A stretch of DNA of 64,000 nucleotides, taken from positions 1,184,001 through 1,248,000 of the forward strand of contig CBDBCF010000001.1 of the NCBI GenBank assembly GCA_965202985.1, read 5' to 3'. Positions 30,662 to 40,019 of the stretch are shown here, piece by piece; the stretch's first letter is position 1; the number at the start of each line of letters is the position of its first letter. The position numbers were made by a program, and so were the translations under genes. The stretch comes from Longimicrobiales bacterium. Lineage in GTDB: Bacteria; Gemmatimonadota; Gemmatimonadetes; Longimicrobiales; Gaopeijiaceae. The notes under the pieces are model-generated. The model saw nothing but the letters and a program-made list of their open reading frames with translations, ran no database searches and had not been told where the DNA came from.

Positions 30662-31831
30662 ATGACCCTGCCACAAGATCTGCTCGAATCTCCCTCGGCC
30701 CATTCGCACCATACCAAACTTGAAGGCTGTTGGCCGCTGTTCTTGCTCATCGGACTAGTTGCGGGGTGCTCGGAACCCAGATCGGCACACCAACGCGCCA
30801 TCCCAATCACTCTGCCTGTGGGCGAGCCGGAGTTGGTCGTCACGATTCTGGACACCCTACGTACGGGAGACGGCGCCGTTCTAGCCGATCCGATCGGCAT
30901 CTTCGAAGACCGCCTTGGACGATACATAGCTGTTGATCGCTCCGACAAGGACATTAAGGTTTATGGCGACGATGGAGAGTTTACAAGTACGGTAGGGAGG
31001 CCGGGATCGGGCCCAGGAGAATTTGAAGTGCTTTGGGGTGGAGGCGTCACGCGAGGTGACTCTGTCTTCGGATATGACTTCGCAGATTTATCTGTCGAGA
31101 TGTTCGACGCCAATGGAACCGTAGGGCGAACATTCTCGATCGGCGACGGTTTCTTGGTACCTTCATCTGTTGCTTCGTTTGGCCACAACGCCTTGCTCGT
31201 ATCATACTTTCCGCTTGGAGCGACGGCCGACAACCTGCTTCACGTTGTAGACTTGCACTCCCATGCCGGCCCCCGCTTTGCGAATTTTGCTCATTACCTG
31301 GAAGGAGCTCCCCCCGCCGTTCTGCAGGAGTCCATTGTTCATGCTGACGCCCACGACGGCCTAGTTGTGGTAGGCATGCGTGGTTATGATTCCATCGCCG
31401 CATACACTGATAATGGCAAACGCATTGCTGCCGTGCGGTTGCCCGACGACTTGGTTGCATCCACTTACCGCCGAGCAATTGAATCTAGGGGTGGTGACGC
31501 TCAACGTGCTGACGGTACATTTGTAACCGACAGCATAGAAGCCGTTACGAGCATCTTGGTAATCGACGGGTCAACTGCTCTGGTGCAGATCGCATCCGTA
31601 GATGCCATTAGCCCTCTTGTTGACCTTACCGCAGGAGGAAGCTATTTAGTAGTGCTCGTTGATCAAGCTGCTCAGGTAATGCGTGTAGTATCAATCGGTC
31701 GAAAGAGCTGGGGATTGATCGGAAGACATCAGTCTGGCGATGCTTTGCTGGCCAGGTATGTCGGGGCGCTGTACGATGCCGTCGAGATCGCCTCGGCACG
31801 TGTGCACTATCGGATGGCGACCAATGAATGA
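30662..31831 (+). CDS. 6-bladed beta-propeller (NHL/TolB-like) lipoprotein
   Basis: Lipobox LVAGC; DRSDKDIKVYGDDGEFTSTVGRPGSGPGEF signature. Confidence 0.8.
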   Translation: MTLPQDLLESPSAHSHHTKLEGCWPLFLLIGLVAGCSEPRSAHQRAIPITLPVGEPELVVTILDTLRTGDGAVLADPIGIFEDRLGRYIAVDRSDKDIKVYGDDGEFTSTVGRPGSGPGEFEVLWGGGVTRGDSVFGYDFADLSVEMFDANGTVGRTFSIGDGFLVPSSVASFGHNALLVSYFPLGATADNLLHVVDLHSHAGPRFANFAHYLEGAPPAVLQESIVHADAHDGLVVVGMRGYDSIAAYTDNGKRIAAVRLPDDLVASTYRRAIESRGGDAQRADGTFVTDSIEAVTSILVIDGSTALVQIASVDAISPLVDLTAGGSYLVVLVDQAAQVMRVVSIGRKSWGLIGRHQSGDALLARYVGALYDAVEIASARVHYRMATNE

Positions 31832-32564
31832 CAGAACCCGTAGTGGGCTTCGAGACTCGCTGCTCGTGATCGTCGGCTTGATCGTGGTATTCGTGGCGAG
31901 CGTTGCAGTTGGGTCGCGAATCAGCTGGCTTGGCGAGTGGCTACGTGACAGCCCGTCTATCGCCGGTGAGGTTCACAACGTCCCGGCTGTGGCCGTACCA
32001 GCTCATCGCCGGCTCACACCCAGCATGCGCGCGCTGGTGAACGATATCTTGGAGGACGACGAGACGTTACTGGTAGTCCTGAATGCAGAAGATCTGGTTG
32101 GTTGCGAGGATCTCGGACGACAGTTGCGACGACTCGGGCGGGCGATCAAGCCCAGAAAGATGATGCTTGTTACGGCCGCTACCGATCATGAACGTGTGAG
32201 TCATTTCCTTAGACGCGAACGCGTGGCTGGGGCGGTTGCAGACATTGTCTCATTACAGCTTGCCGGGGATATGGATGAGCACATGATTGATGGGTTTACT
32301 CTTGTGACTCCGGCTGCCATGGTCGTAGACCGTCACGGCCGAATTGTTCGGGGCGTCATGCATCCATACAAAGTTAAAAACTACAGGGCGATTTCGTTCA
32401 CCGAAGAGCTTGGACTATTGGAGAGCGACACCCTGAGCATTGATATTCGCAATCCTCATTCACCCTTAGACAAGAGCGGACCAGCCGATGACTACGCGAC
32501 GCCTGTTGGTGCTTGCCGCGATGGTCCTGTCAGCAGTTTCCGGGCTAGCACTCGGAAGCGCTAG
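31824..32564 (+). CDS. Membrane-anchored thioredoxin/redoxin-like protein with degenerate active site
   Basis: N-terminal TM helix; LLVVLNAEDLVGCEDL (single Cys); VTPAAMVVDRHGRIV resembles the redoxin cis-Pro strand. Confidence 0.55.
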   Translation: MNDRTRSGLRDSLLVIVGLIVVFVASVAVGSRISWLGEWLRDSPSIAGEVHNVPAVAVPAHRRLTPSMRALVNDILEDDETLLVVLNAEDLVGCEDLGRQLRRLGRAIKPRKMMLVTAATDHERVSHFLRRERVAGAVADIVSLQLAGDMDEHMIDGFTLVTPAAMVVDRHGRIVRGVMHPYKVKNYRAISFTEELGLLESDTLSIDIRNPHSPLDKSGPADDYATPVGACRDGPVSSFRASTRKR

Positions 32565-32694
32565 GCCGTCTCGGGCCAACGACGCCGGGTACCCGCACCA
32601 GTGCTTCTACAGATGCGCTGGCTGTGGTGGGACCTGCCTGGGCGAGAACTACATCTGCTGTTGCCAGAGCGGGCCTGGCAACTGCGAGGAATAG
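32488..32694 (+). CDS. Small secreted cysteine-rich peptide (8 Cys in a ~38-aa mature part)
   Basis: Signal MTTRRLLVLAAMVLSAVSGLALGSARPSRA, then NDAGYPHQCFYRCAGCGGTCLGENYICCCQSGPGNCEE. Confidence 0.75.
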   Translation: MTTRRLLVLAAMVLSAVSGLALGSARPSRANDAGYPHQCFYRCAGCGGTCLGENYICCCQSGPGNCEE

Positions 32695-32787
32695 CATCCT
32701 CGACAGGCAGGACGTACCCAGCGCCCATGCCGGTACCGCATCGGTGCTAGCTTGGGCGTGGAAGGGTGACGGAGTTCGTCGCATGCG

Positions 32788-34197
32788 ATGGAATCGGAGC
32801 GGCGGACTCTGTCGCCCTTCCTGAGCCAGCCGGACGGTTGCTTTGCCTCGTTGCTTGATAGATATTTGGTGGTTGGCGGTGCAGAACAGGCGACACAGGT
32901 TCGGCGGCGAGTAAAGGCGCAACTCATGAGAACCCACGAACACGACTCAAAGAGCGGTCCGCAGGGAACCCCATCCAATCGCGAGCGTGTTGACCTGTAT
33001 TTGCGGCTCAGCCGGATCGCACGAGAATACGAGGATGGGACGGGAACGAGCAGACGGTCCGAATTGACTTCAGCCACCCTCGATCTGCTGGGGACAGACA
33101 TCGCGGACCGAGTTTGGGAAGGACCTCCTGACGTAGAGGGACTGGGCGAGCTGGATGCCGTTGCCGTAGCGTACCTATGCGGATTGTTGGAGGGGTCGGT
33201 GGGCGAACGGACCTGTGGGGACGTGAACACACGCCTTGACGGTTGCTCACCGGAGATCGTGACCATTCGACAGCTCCTTCCAGCCTACTCTCGTTCGTGG
33301 CGCTCCGTGCTGATCATCGGTGAAAGGGGCAGCGGGAAGGGTCAGTTCATGCGAGCTGTCGCCGCGGGCGGCCCGCCACCATTGACGATCAACCTTGCCG
33401 CAGTCTCAGAATCCTTGGCGGACTCGGAGCTCTTCGGACACGTCCGAGGAGCATTCACGGGCGCAACGGAGACTCGGCCGGGCATCATCCAGGCGGCCAG
33501 CGACGCCGAGTGTGCACTCTACTTGGATGACGTACCAGAATGCCCCGAGTCCATTCAAGTGCGCCTGCTCACTTGCCTGGACGATGGGGTCATGCGCCCC
33601 GTCGGCTCCGATGAAGTCGTAGCGATCGGCCGGGGGCGGAAGCGGAAATTCCGGGTGTTCTCGTCCAGCCAACCCGGTGCGCTTCACAAACTCCGCCCGG
33701 ACCTCCGGGACCGATTGGCCGGCCTCCTGGTCTTGATTCCCCCCCTGCGGGACATCAAGATGGACATCCTTTTCCTCGCCAGCATGGCGATCCAGCACCA
33801 ATCGGAGACGAGTTCCCGAGTCAGGACGACGAAGCGGTTCTCCCGCGGTGCCTGCCGTGCTCTGCTGGACTACGCATGGCCAGGCAACGTCCGCCAACTG
33901 TTCAACGTGGTGGGCCGGGCACTGACGAAGGCGGAAGGGAGCGTGGTGATCAACACTGAGGTCGTGAAGACATGCCTGCGCGACGAAGAGTGGTTAGCGA
34001 AGCTGAGCGCAGATGGCAACCACCAGCCGAGCACGGATGAGGATGCCCCTTTGCCGACGTTGGAGGAGTTGGAGGCGCGCCTCATTCAACAAGCGTTGGA
34101 AAGGACAGATGGAAACGCAAGCCAAGCGGCAAGACTCCTTGGCGTGCACCGCACGACGCTCAGTCGACGCCTCAAGCGGCGTGGCCAAGTAGGGTGA
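32788..34197 (+). CDS. Sigma54-dependent enhancer-binding protein (AAA+ and Fis HTH) with unrecognised N-terminus
   Basis: GERGSGKG, SELFGHVRGAFTGA, WPGNVRQL, GNASQAARLLGVHRTTL. Confidence 0.92.
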   Translation: MESERRTLSPFLSQPDGCFASLLDRYLVVGGAEQATQVRRRVKAQLMRTHEHDSKSGPQGTPSNRERVDLYLRLSRIAREYEDGTGTSRRSELTSATLDLLGTDIADRVWEGPPDVEGLGELDAVAVAYLCGLLEGSVGERTCGDVNTRLDGCSPEIVTIRQLLPAYSRSWRSVLIIGERGSGKGQFMRAVAAGGPPPLTINLAAVSESLADSELFGHVRGAFTGATETRPGIIQAASDAECALYLDDVPECPESIQVRLLTCLDDGVMRPVGSDEVVAIGRGRKRKFRVFSSSQPGALHKLRPDLRDRLAGLLVLIPPLRDIKMDILFLASMAIQHQSETSSRVRTTKRFSRGACRALLDYAWPGNVRQLFNVVGRALTKAEGSVVINTEVVKTCLRDEEWLAKLSADGNHQPSTDEDAPLPTLEELEARLIQQALERTDGNASQAARLLGVHRTTLSRRLKRRGQVG

Positions 34198-34340
34198 TCT
34201 GTCTTCCTCGACCAGTAACCGCCGATGTCCGAGGTTGAGGTGATGCTGGGACGCTATGCTGAGCCTGTTGGCGGGTGCGGACGGCGGCGGGCGGGGACCA
34301 TGGCCGTGTTCGGCTCGTGTCGGTGGGAGCGACACCCGAG

Positions 34341-34384
34341 TTCCTAAGAGAAAGGGCGGGACTTCCTAAGAGAAAGGGCGGGAC
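34341..34384. repeat. 22-bp perfect tandem duplication
   Basis: TTCCTAAGAGAAAGGGCGGGAC twice, adjoining the 3' end of the ISL3 relic. Confidence 0.9.
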
Positions 34385-34389
34385 GAGGG

Positions 34390-35125
34390 TCAAGGGATCA
34401 CCGGCGGGCGGTGCGGGGCGAGAGGTCGAGGCCGCCGAGGTGGAAGAGGATGGCGGTGACGAAGCGGTCGTAGTTGCGGAAGCCTCGGCTGCGGCCTTGA
34501 CCATCTGGACCCTGCTGTTGATGCTCTCGGCCGGGCCGTTGGTCGCTCGCAGCACGACGACGTCGAGGATGCCCCACAGATGGGCGCCGACCATCTCGGC
34601 GACCTCGTGAACGGGCGCGAGCCCGCAGCCCGACGCCATTGCAGCCAGTGCAGCCAGGCGTTCTCGGCCAAGCCCCGGAGCTTGTAGTCCCACAGCTTCG
34701 ATGCCGCCTCCTTCACCGCCCAGGCGCGGGCGGTCCGGTCCACGTTTCTTGCGCAGCGCCGCGAACGCCAGCTTCTCGGCACGAGTCGTCCTGCCGCGTC
34801 CGGTCAGCCACCGGTAGCGCGTCCTCGCGAGCACGGCGCTGTCCTGCGCCAGCAGCTCGCGGTGCTCGGCGCGCCGCACCTTGTCCACCGCGTCCGCTAG
34901 GTGCTTTGGCCACGTGGAAGCGGTCGAACGTCGTCTTCAGCTCCGCGCCCGGCACCCGCTCCCCCGTCGCCGCCACGTAAGGACTCCACATGTCCATCGA
35001 CACGCTCTCCAACGCGGCCAGCCAGCCGCCGTCCCTGCTCCGGTAGAACTGCTCCAGCGACTCTCAGGTCCGGCCCTTCGCGACATGCAGCACGCGCGTA
35101 CCGATGGCCGCGCTTGACCGACGTC
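34390..35125 (-). mobile_element. ISL3-family transposase relic (5'-truncated, several frameshifts)
   Basis: Fragments in different frames: VSMDMWSPY...[17 protein letters not shown]...[49 protein letters not shown]. Confidence 0.88.
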
Positions 35126-35126
35126 T

Positions 35127-35219
35127 TCGCACCCGGCGTCGAAGGTGGGCTGGCACTCATGGACGAACGGTGCCGGATCTCCCGAAGGAACCTTTTTGCG
35201 TTTCTGGAGTATACGTCGG
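35127..35219 (+). repeat. ~90-bp non-coding repeat copy 1 (promoter-like)
   Basis: Similar to 36330-36421; contains GGAACC-N16-GTATAC. Confidence 0.85.
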
Positions 35220-35220
35220 C

Positions 35221-36180
35221 CGGGGTCGCACCAACACGCACCTGTTCCCGGAGCTGGAGAAGCTGGTCGGCGACCGCGCGTCGGACTTGACGGCCTTGGA
35301 GGGCCGCCGGTGGGACGCCGTGATCGACAACTCGGGGTACATCGAGCGCCACTGCCGGAGTTCGGCGGAGGTCCTGTCCGACTCGGGGCGCTACGTGTTC
35401 ATCTCGACGCTCTCCGCGTACAAGGACCTGGCCACGCCGGGGATCACGGAGGACTACGAGCTGGCCCGGCTGCCCGACCCCGCCATGGCCGAATCCGACG
35501 AGCGGACGGGGCAGACCTACGGCCCCTTCAAGGCGCTGTGCGAAGAGGCGGTCCAGGCGGTGTTCGGCGAGCGCGCCACGATCGTGCGGCCCGGCTACAT
35601 CGTCGGACCTCGCGACGGCACGGACCGCTGGACCTACTGGCCGGTGCGGACGGCGGCGGGCGGGACGATGGCCGTGCCCGGCTCACCCCAGGACGCCGTG
35701 CAGTTCATCGACGCCAGGGACCTGGGCGCGTGGGTGGTCCGCATGGTGGAGAACGACACGAGCGGAGAGTTCAACGCCGTGGGACCCGTCGAGCCCGTCA
35801 GCATGGCCGCCATGCTGGAGGCGTGTCGGAGCGTCAGCGGGAGCGACGCCGAGTTCCAGTGGGTGGACGCGGAGTTCGCGCGCGACCAGGGCGTGGTGTT
35901 CCCGATCTGGGCGCCGCCGGGCGAGGGCGACTTCGGCGCCGTGCACCTGGTCGGCAACGCGCGGGCCGTGGAAGCCGGCTACACCAGCCGGCCGATCGAG
36001 GAGACGATCCGGGACACGCTGGCTTGGTGGAACGAGATCGCGCCCGACGAACGGGCGGACGGGATGCGCTCCGGGTTGCGGAAGCCGCCGGAGTTGGCGT
36101 TCAGGGAGCCGGCGACGATGGAAGCCATGATGGAGGTCGAGGCCGCGCTGCTGGAGGCGTGGTCGGCCCGAAACGGTTAG
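35221..36180 (+). pseudogene. 5'-truncated second copy of the epimerase gene
   Basis: Begins abruptly at RGRTNTHLF; lacks the Tat signal and the GGTGFIG NAD-binding loop. Confidence 0.9.
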
Positions 36181-36329
36181 GCGGCTAGGCCGGCCCAAGG
36201 CGCTGCTGCCGCGCCGGTTGCCCGACCCGTGCGGCCTCGCCGCGCCCGTCTTCGTCGCCTGCGCCCCGACCCAGGGAGCTGATCCGGGCGGCTAGTCCGA
36301 CATCCCCCAAGCACCCGCCGAGGGCGCCG

Positions 36330-36421
36330 TGCGCCCGGCGTCGAAAGGCGGGCTGGCACTCGTGGATGAACGGCGCCGGAACTCCCAGGGAACTTTTTCC
36401 GGTTTCTGGAGTATACGTCGG
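36330..36421 (+). repeat. ~90-bp non-coding repeat copy 2, putative ECF-type promoter of the downstream operon
   Basis: GGAACT-N16-GTATAC (36389-36416), ~90 bp before the ATG at 36506. Confidence 0.8.
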
Positions 36422-36505
36422 TACGGGCAATCGAAGCCGGACGCATCCGGCCTCCACAAGACCGTCCCGGGCAGGTGCCCGCTGCCCCGGAACAGGAGAA
36501 GCAGC

Positions 36506-37674
36506 ATGAGATACACCAAGCAGTTCCTCATCGCGGCAGCCCTGGTGCTGACCGCGTGCGACGAGACTCGCGTCCCGTCGCCCCCATCGACGAGCCCGAG
36601 CCGCCGATCGTCGCGCAGGCGGACCAGGGCATCTCGCAGCTGGCGCGGGCCGCTTCCGTGGCCCTGGGCGCTCCCGCCGTCCGCAGCAGCATCCTGGCGG
36701 CGATGAGAGCCTCCACGGCGGTCGAGCACCGCCTGCTGCTGGCCGACTACCTGCAGAGCCCGGAAGGCTCCGGGCTGCTGGCCGGCAGCGCTGCCGCTCT
36801 CGAGATCGACGAAGACGAGTTCCTTGCCCGGGTGGAGGAGGTCTCGGGCAGCATCGAGCTTGCCATCGCGGTTCCGATGAGGGAACACCGGCTCGGCTGG
36901 CGGGGTACGGCCCACATCGGAGTCGCCGGCGCGTGGGACACCGACGAGCTGGACTTGATCGTCCACGAGCCCGATGGGAACCGCCGCAGGGCCACGACGG
37001 TGAACGCGCTCCAAGAGTACGACGCCTTGTTCCTGATCCGCCCGCAGGAGACCTGGGGAACTCGGATCGACCGTCAAGCCGACGTTCCAGGACCCGTGAT
37101 CCAGGACGCGGGCGACGGTGAGCAGGCGTTTATCTGGACGTACGATGCCGGCGACGGCAGCGCGCCGTTATCGGTGGACTTCGGGAGTTACGAATCGGAA
37201 GGTGCGTTGGCCGAGGCGCTGGCGGCGGCGGGCGGGGTGCGTCACGATGCAGCGGCCGCCTGCGATCAGTCCGACGGCAGTGCGTGCGAAGGCACGGTAG
37301 CCGGACACTACACGGGCCGCTGGGTCACTTACTCGCCAATATACCTCCACGAGTTCGAGCTGTTGCACGCTACGGAATGGCCGGGGTCGGAGGAAATCGA
37401 GATCACGGTGTGGTACCGGAATCACCATGGCCGCACGCCTCGGGTTGTTCAACGGGAGGAAGGGATTCGAGCCAACGGTCATCCCTTCGTATACGACCAA
37501 CCTGTTCGTATGCTCTCCGTTTCGCCCAAGCGAGGCGGATATCCGTTCTACGTGAAGGCGGTTGAAACCGACTTCTGGCGCGACGACCCCTTGGGCACCA
37601 AATCGCTAACGGTCGATACACCACAGGGGTACATCAACACCAGCTGGTGGTTCAAGCTCTACCTCACCTGGTAG
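36506..37674 (+). CDS. Secreted lipoprotein of unknown function; one-base frameshift near 36574
   Basis: AGGAG RBS; MRYTKQFLIAAALVLTAC lipobox in one frame and the long body (VAPIDEPEPP...) in another; adding one C at 36574-36576 joins them. Confidence 0.7.
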
Positions 37675-37692
37675 CGTCGAAACAAGGAGACG

Positions 37693-40002
37693 ATGATGAA
37701 TCGCACCAACATCTTCGCTGCCGCGCTGGTCGCCATCGCGAGCGTGGCGTCACCGTCTCCCACGTTCGCCGCCCAGGCCCCCGATTCGGGGGTCTGGGCG
37801 GTCCGAACCGTGGACCGGCGCAGCGGCGATCCGATAAGCGGCGTGCTTGTGTCCTTCTCCAAGCGCGGCGCAAACAGAGTTACCGACGACCGTGGACTAG
37901 CCGCTGGTCACAAGAACGCTGCTACTGTCCGCGTCCTTGCCCGGCGACTGGGCTACGCCGACCTGGACACGCTCGTCGCCGTCCCGAAGGCAGGCGGAGT
38001 CGTCGTGCTCCTACTCGAACGCTCCGCCGTCGAGCTGCCGCCGCTCACCGTGGAGGCGGAGCGCCGCATGACCTCCATCGAGCTGCACCGGCTCGTGTTC
38101 GACCGGGAGGTCGCCGTCGGAGCCGTCGGGATGACCCAGGCCGAGATCAAGGCCGTGCCGCCGATGGTCGAGTCCGACGTGCTCCGCAGCCTGCAGGCAC
38201 TCGCAGGCGTCTCCAGCGTCAACGACTACTCCGGCGAACTCTTCGTCAGGGGCGGCGGCAGCGACCAAGTGGCCGTGCTGATCGACGGCGCGCCCGTCTT
38301 CGCGCCATACCACATGTTCGGGCTCTTCGGCGCATTCAACGCCGACGCCGTCGAGTCCACCGAGTTCTACAGAGGCTCGATCCCGGCCCGCTACGGCGGC
38401 GCGCTGTCCGGCGTGGTCGCGGCTCGCCAGAAGACGGGAAGCGCGGACGAGACCCGCTTCGCCGGCGGCGTCAGCCTTCTAGGCGTCCGGTTCGCCGCCG
38501 ACGGAAGCCTGCCGTGGAACGAATTCCGCTGGCTGGCCGCGGGCCGCAAGGCGTCGGTGGACGTGGCGCGGATCAGCGTTCCCTACTCGTTCCACGACCT
38601 GAACCTTGGCCTGGAAGCATTCCCCGCGGACGAGCATCGGATGCGCCTGTCCGTGTTCGCATCCGACGACGAATTCGACTGGGACATGTCGTCTTCCGGA
38701 ACCAGGAACTCGTTCACCTCCGAGTGGGCGAACCTAGCGACTTCGGTCACTTGGTCGTGGGTGCCGGATCATCGGATGTCCAGCGACGTGACGGCGTACT
38801 ACAGCCGCTACGACGGCGAGCGGACGATCGGGGGTACCTCATCCTCACCCGTGACAACCAACCGCATCTCGGCAACGGGACTTCGCGCGGAACTCACCCT
38901 TCGCGACGACCATATCGGTGGGCGAGCCGGCGTCGCGCTGGAGGCCGGGCCGGTGGAACTTCGGACCGCCGGAGGACCGGGCGGCTACATGGACGGCGAC
39001 ATGTCCGCCTCGTACCAGCACCTGTCCGCATTCGCTGAGCTCGAGGCGTGGGCGGGTCCGCTCAGGATCGCGCCCGGCGTTCGGGCTGGTAGCGAGCGCC
39101 GTTCCGGTCGCAATTTCCTGGAGCCGCGGTTGTCCGTCCGGCTAAGCAGTTCCGTCTTCGCGATTAGCGCCAGCGTGGACCGGACGTACCAATTCCTGTC
39201 CGTGTTGCGAGACGCTGTCGCACTGGAGCCGGGTGCTCCGATGTGGTTCCTGCACGGCCGGGACGTGCCAGCCTCTGCGTCCGACGGGGCTAGCGTGTCG
39301 CTGGACACATGGCGAGGCGAGGAGTGGACGGCCTCGGTGGCCGGATGGACCAGGCGATTCCGAGCGGTGCCCTACTGGCGCCCCATACTGACCCGGGACC
39401 CGTCAGGTGTCGAGTACCAGGACGGCGGAGCGCAGGGCCTCGAGGTCATGGTGCAGAGGCACTCGGGCCGGGTGCGCGGCTGGCTGTCGTATCAGTGGGC
39501 GCGTGCGGCGTTCGACGCCGCCGACGGATCCGAGTACGCGCCCCAATGGGACCGCCGCCACGAACTCGACGCGTTGCTGGCTGCAGATGTGCCGGGCGAC
39601 GTCGAACTATCGCTACGAGCCACCGTAGGCACCGGCACCCCATTCTGGTTCCCGGCGGGCCTGTACGACGCTCTGCGCTTTGCGCCCAATCAGCGAATGC
39701 GAGACGAAGAGCTTGGAGGCGGCAGTTTTTTTAGCCGCTTCGACCAGCTGATCATTTGGTCGGACAACCAAGGCCGGCTTCCGATCTACGCTCGTCTGGA
39801 TCTCTCGGCGCGTCGTGCTTTCCGCTGGGGTTCCGTAGACGTGATTCCCTACCTCGCGGTCGTCAATGCTGGCAACCGCGAGAACGTCTTGCGGTACGAC
39901 TTCGTGGGAGTTCGCGACGACGGCGAAGGACCGTACCAAACGTTCCGGCACGGCAGGCAGATGCCGCTCTTCCCTTCTATCGGAATCGACTTTCGGTTCT
40001 AG
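37693..40002 (+). CDS. TonB-dependent receptor, copy 1
   Basis: Signal peptide; ESDVLRSLQALAGV, FVRGGGSDQ...LIDGAPV, FYRGSIPARYGGALS plug; C-terminal F. Confidence 0.92.
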   Translation: MMNRTNIFAAALVAIASVASPSPTFAAQAPDSGVWAVRTVDRRSGDPISGVLVSFSKRGANRVTDDRGLAAGHKNAATVRVLARRLGYADLDTLVAVPKAGGVVVLLLERSAVELPPLTVEAERRMTSIELHRLVFDREVAVGAVGMTQAEIKAVPPMVESDVLRSLQALAGVSSVNDYSGELFVRGGGSDQVAVLIDGAPVFAPYHMFGLFGAFNADAVESTEFYRGSIPARYGGALSGVVAARQKTGSADETRFAGGVSLLGVRFAADGSLPWNEFRWLAAGRKASVDVARISVPYSFHDLNLGLEAFPADEHRMRLSVFASDDEFDWDMSSSGTRNSFTSEWANLATSVTWSWVPDHRMSSDVTAYYSRYDGERTIGGTSSSPVTTNRISATGLRAELTLRDDHIGGRAGVALEAGPVELRTAGGPGGYMDGDMSASYQHLSAFAELEAWAGPLRIAPGVRAGSERRSGRNFLEPRLSVRLSSSVFAISASVDRTYQFLSVLRDAVALEPGAPMWFLHGRDVPASASDGASVSLDTWRGEEWTASVAGWTRRFRAVPYWRPILTRDPSGVEYQDGGAQGLEVMVQRHSGRVRGWLSYQWARAAFDAADGSEYAPQWDRRHELDALLAADVPGDVELSLRATVGTGTPFWFPAGLYDALRFAPNQRMRDEELGGGSFFSRFDQLIIWSDNQGRLPIYARLDLSARRAFRWGSVDVIPYLAVVNAGNRENVLRYDFVGVRDDGEGPYQTFRHGRQMPLFPSIGIDFRF
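37927..38504 (+). repeat. ~578-bp identical block shared by the two TonB receptors (other copy 41166-41743)
   Basis: No differences seen by eye across the plug-coding region, whereas the flanks diverge. Confidence 0.9.
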
Positions 40003-40019
40003 AAAGCGAGACAAACTCC

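Noticed and set aside
32488..32694. CxxxCxxC in the small peptide read as a radical-SAM motif or ranthipeptide precursor
   Set aside because: Far too short for a radical SAM enzyme, has a Sec-type signal rather than a RiPP leader, and no maturase is in the window
35151..35165. TGGCAC in the 90-bp repeats as a sigma54 promoter
   Set aside because: No TTGC at the -12 position
34341..36421. Repeats considered as a CRISPR array or integron attC sites
   Set aside because: Only two copies of each, no regular spacers, no cas or integrase gene, no attC bottom-strand hairpin pattern seen
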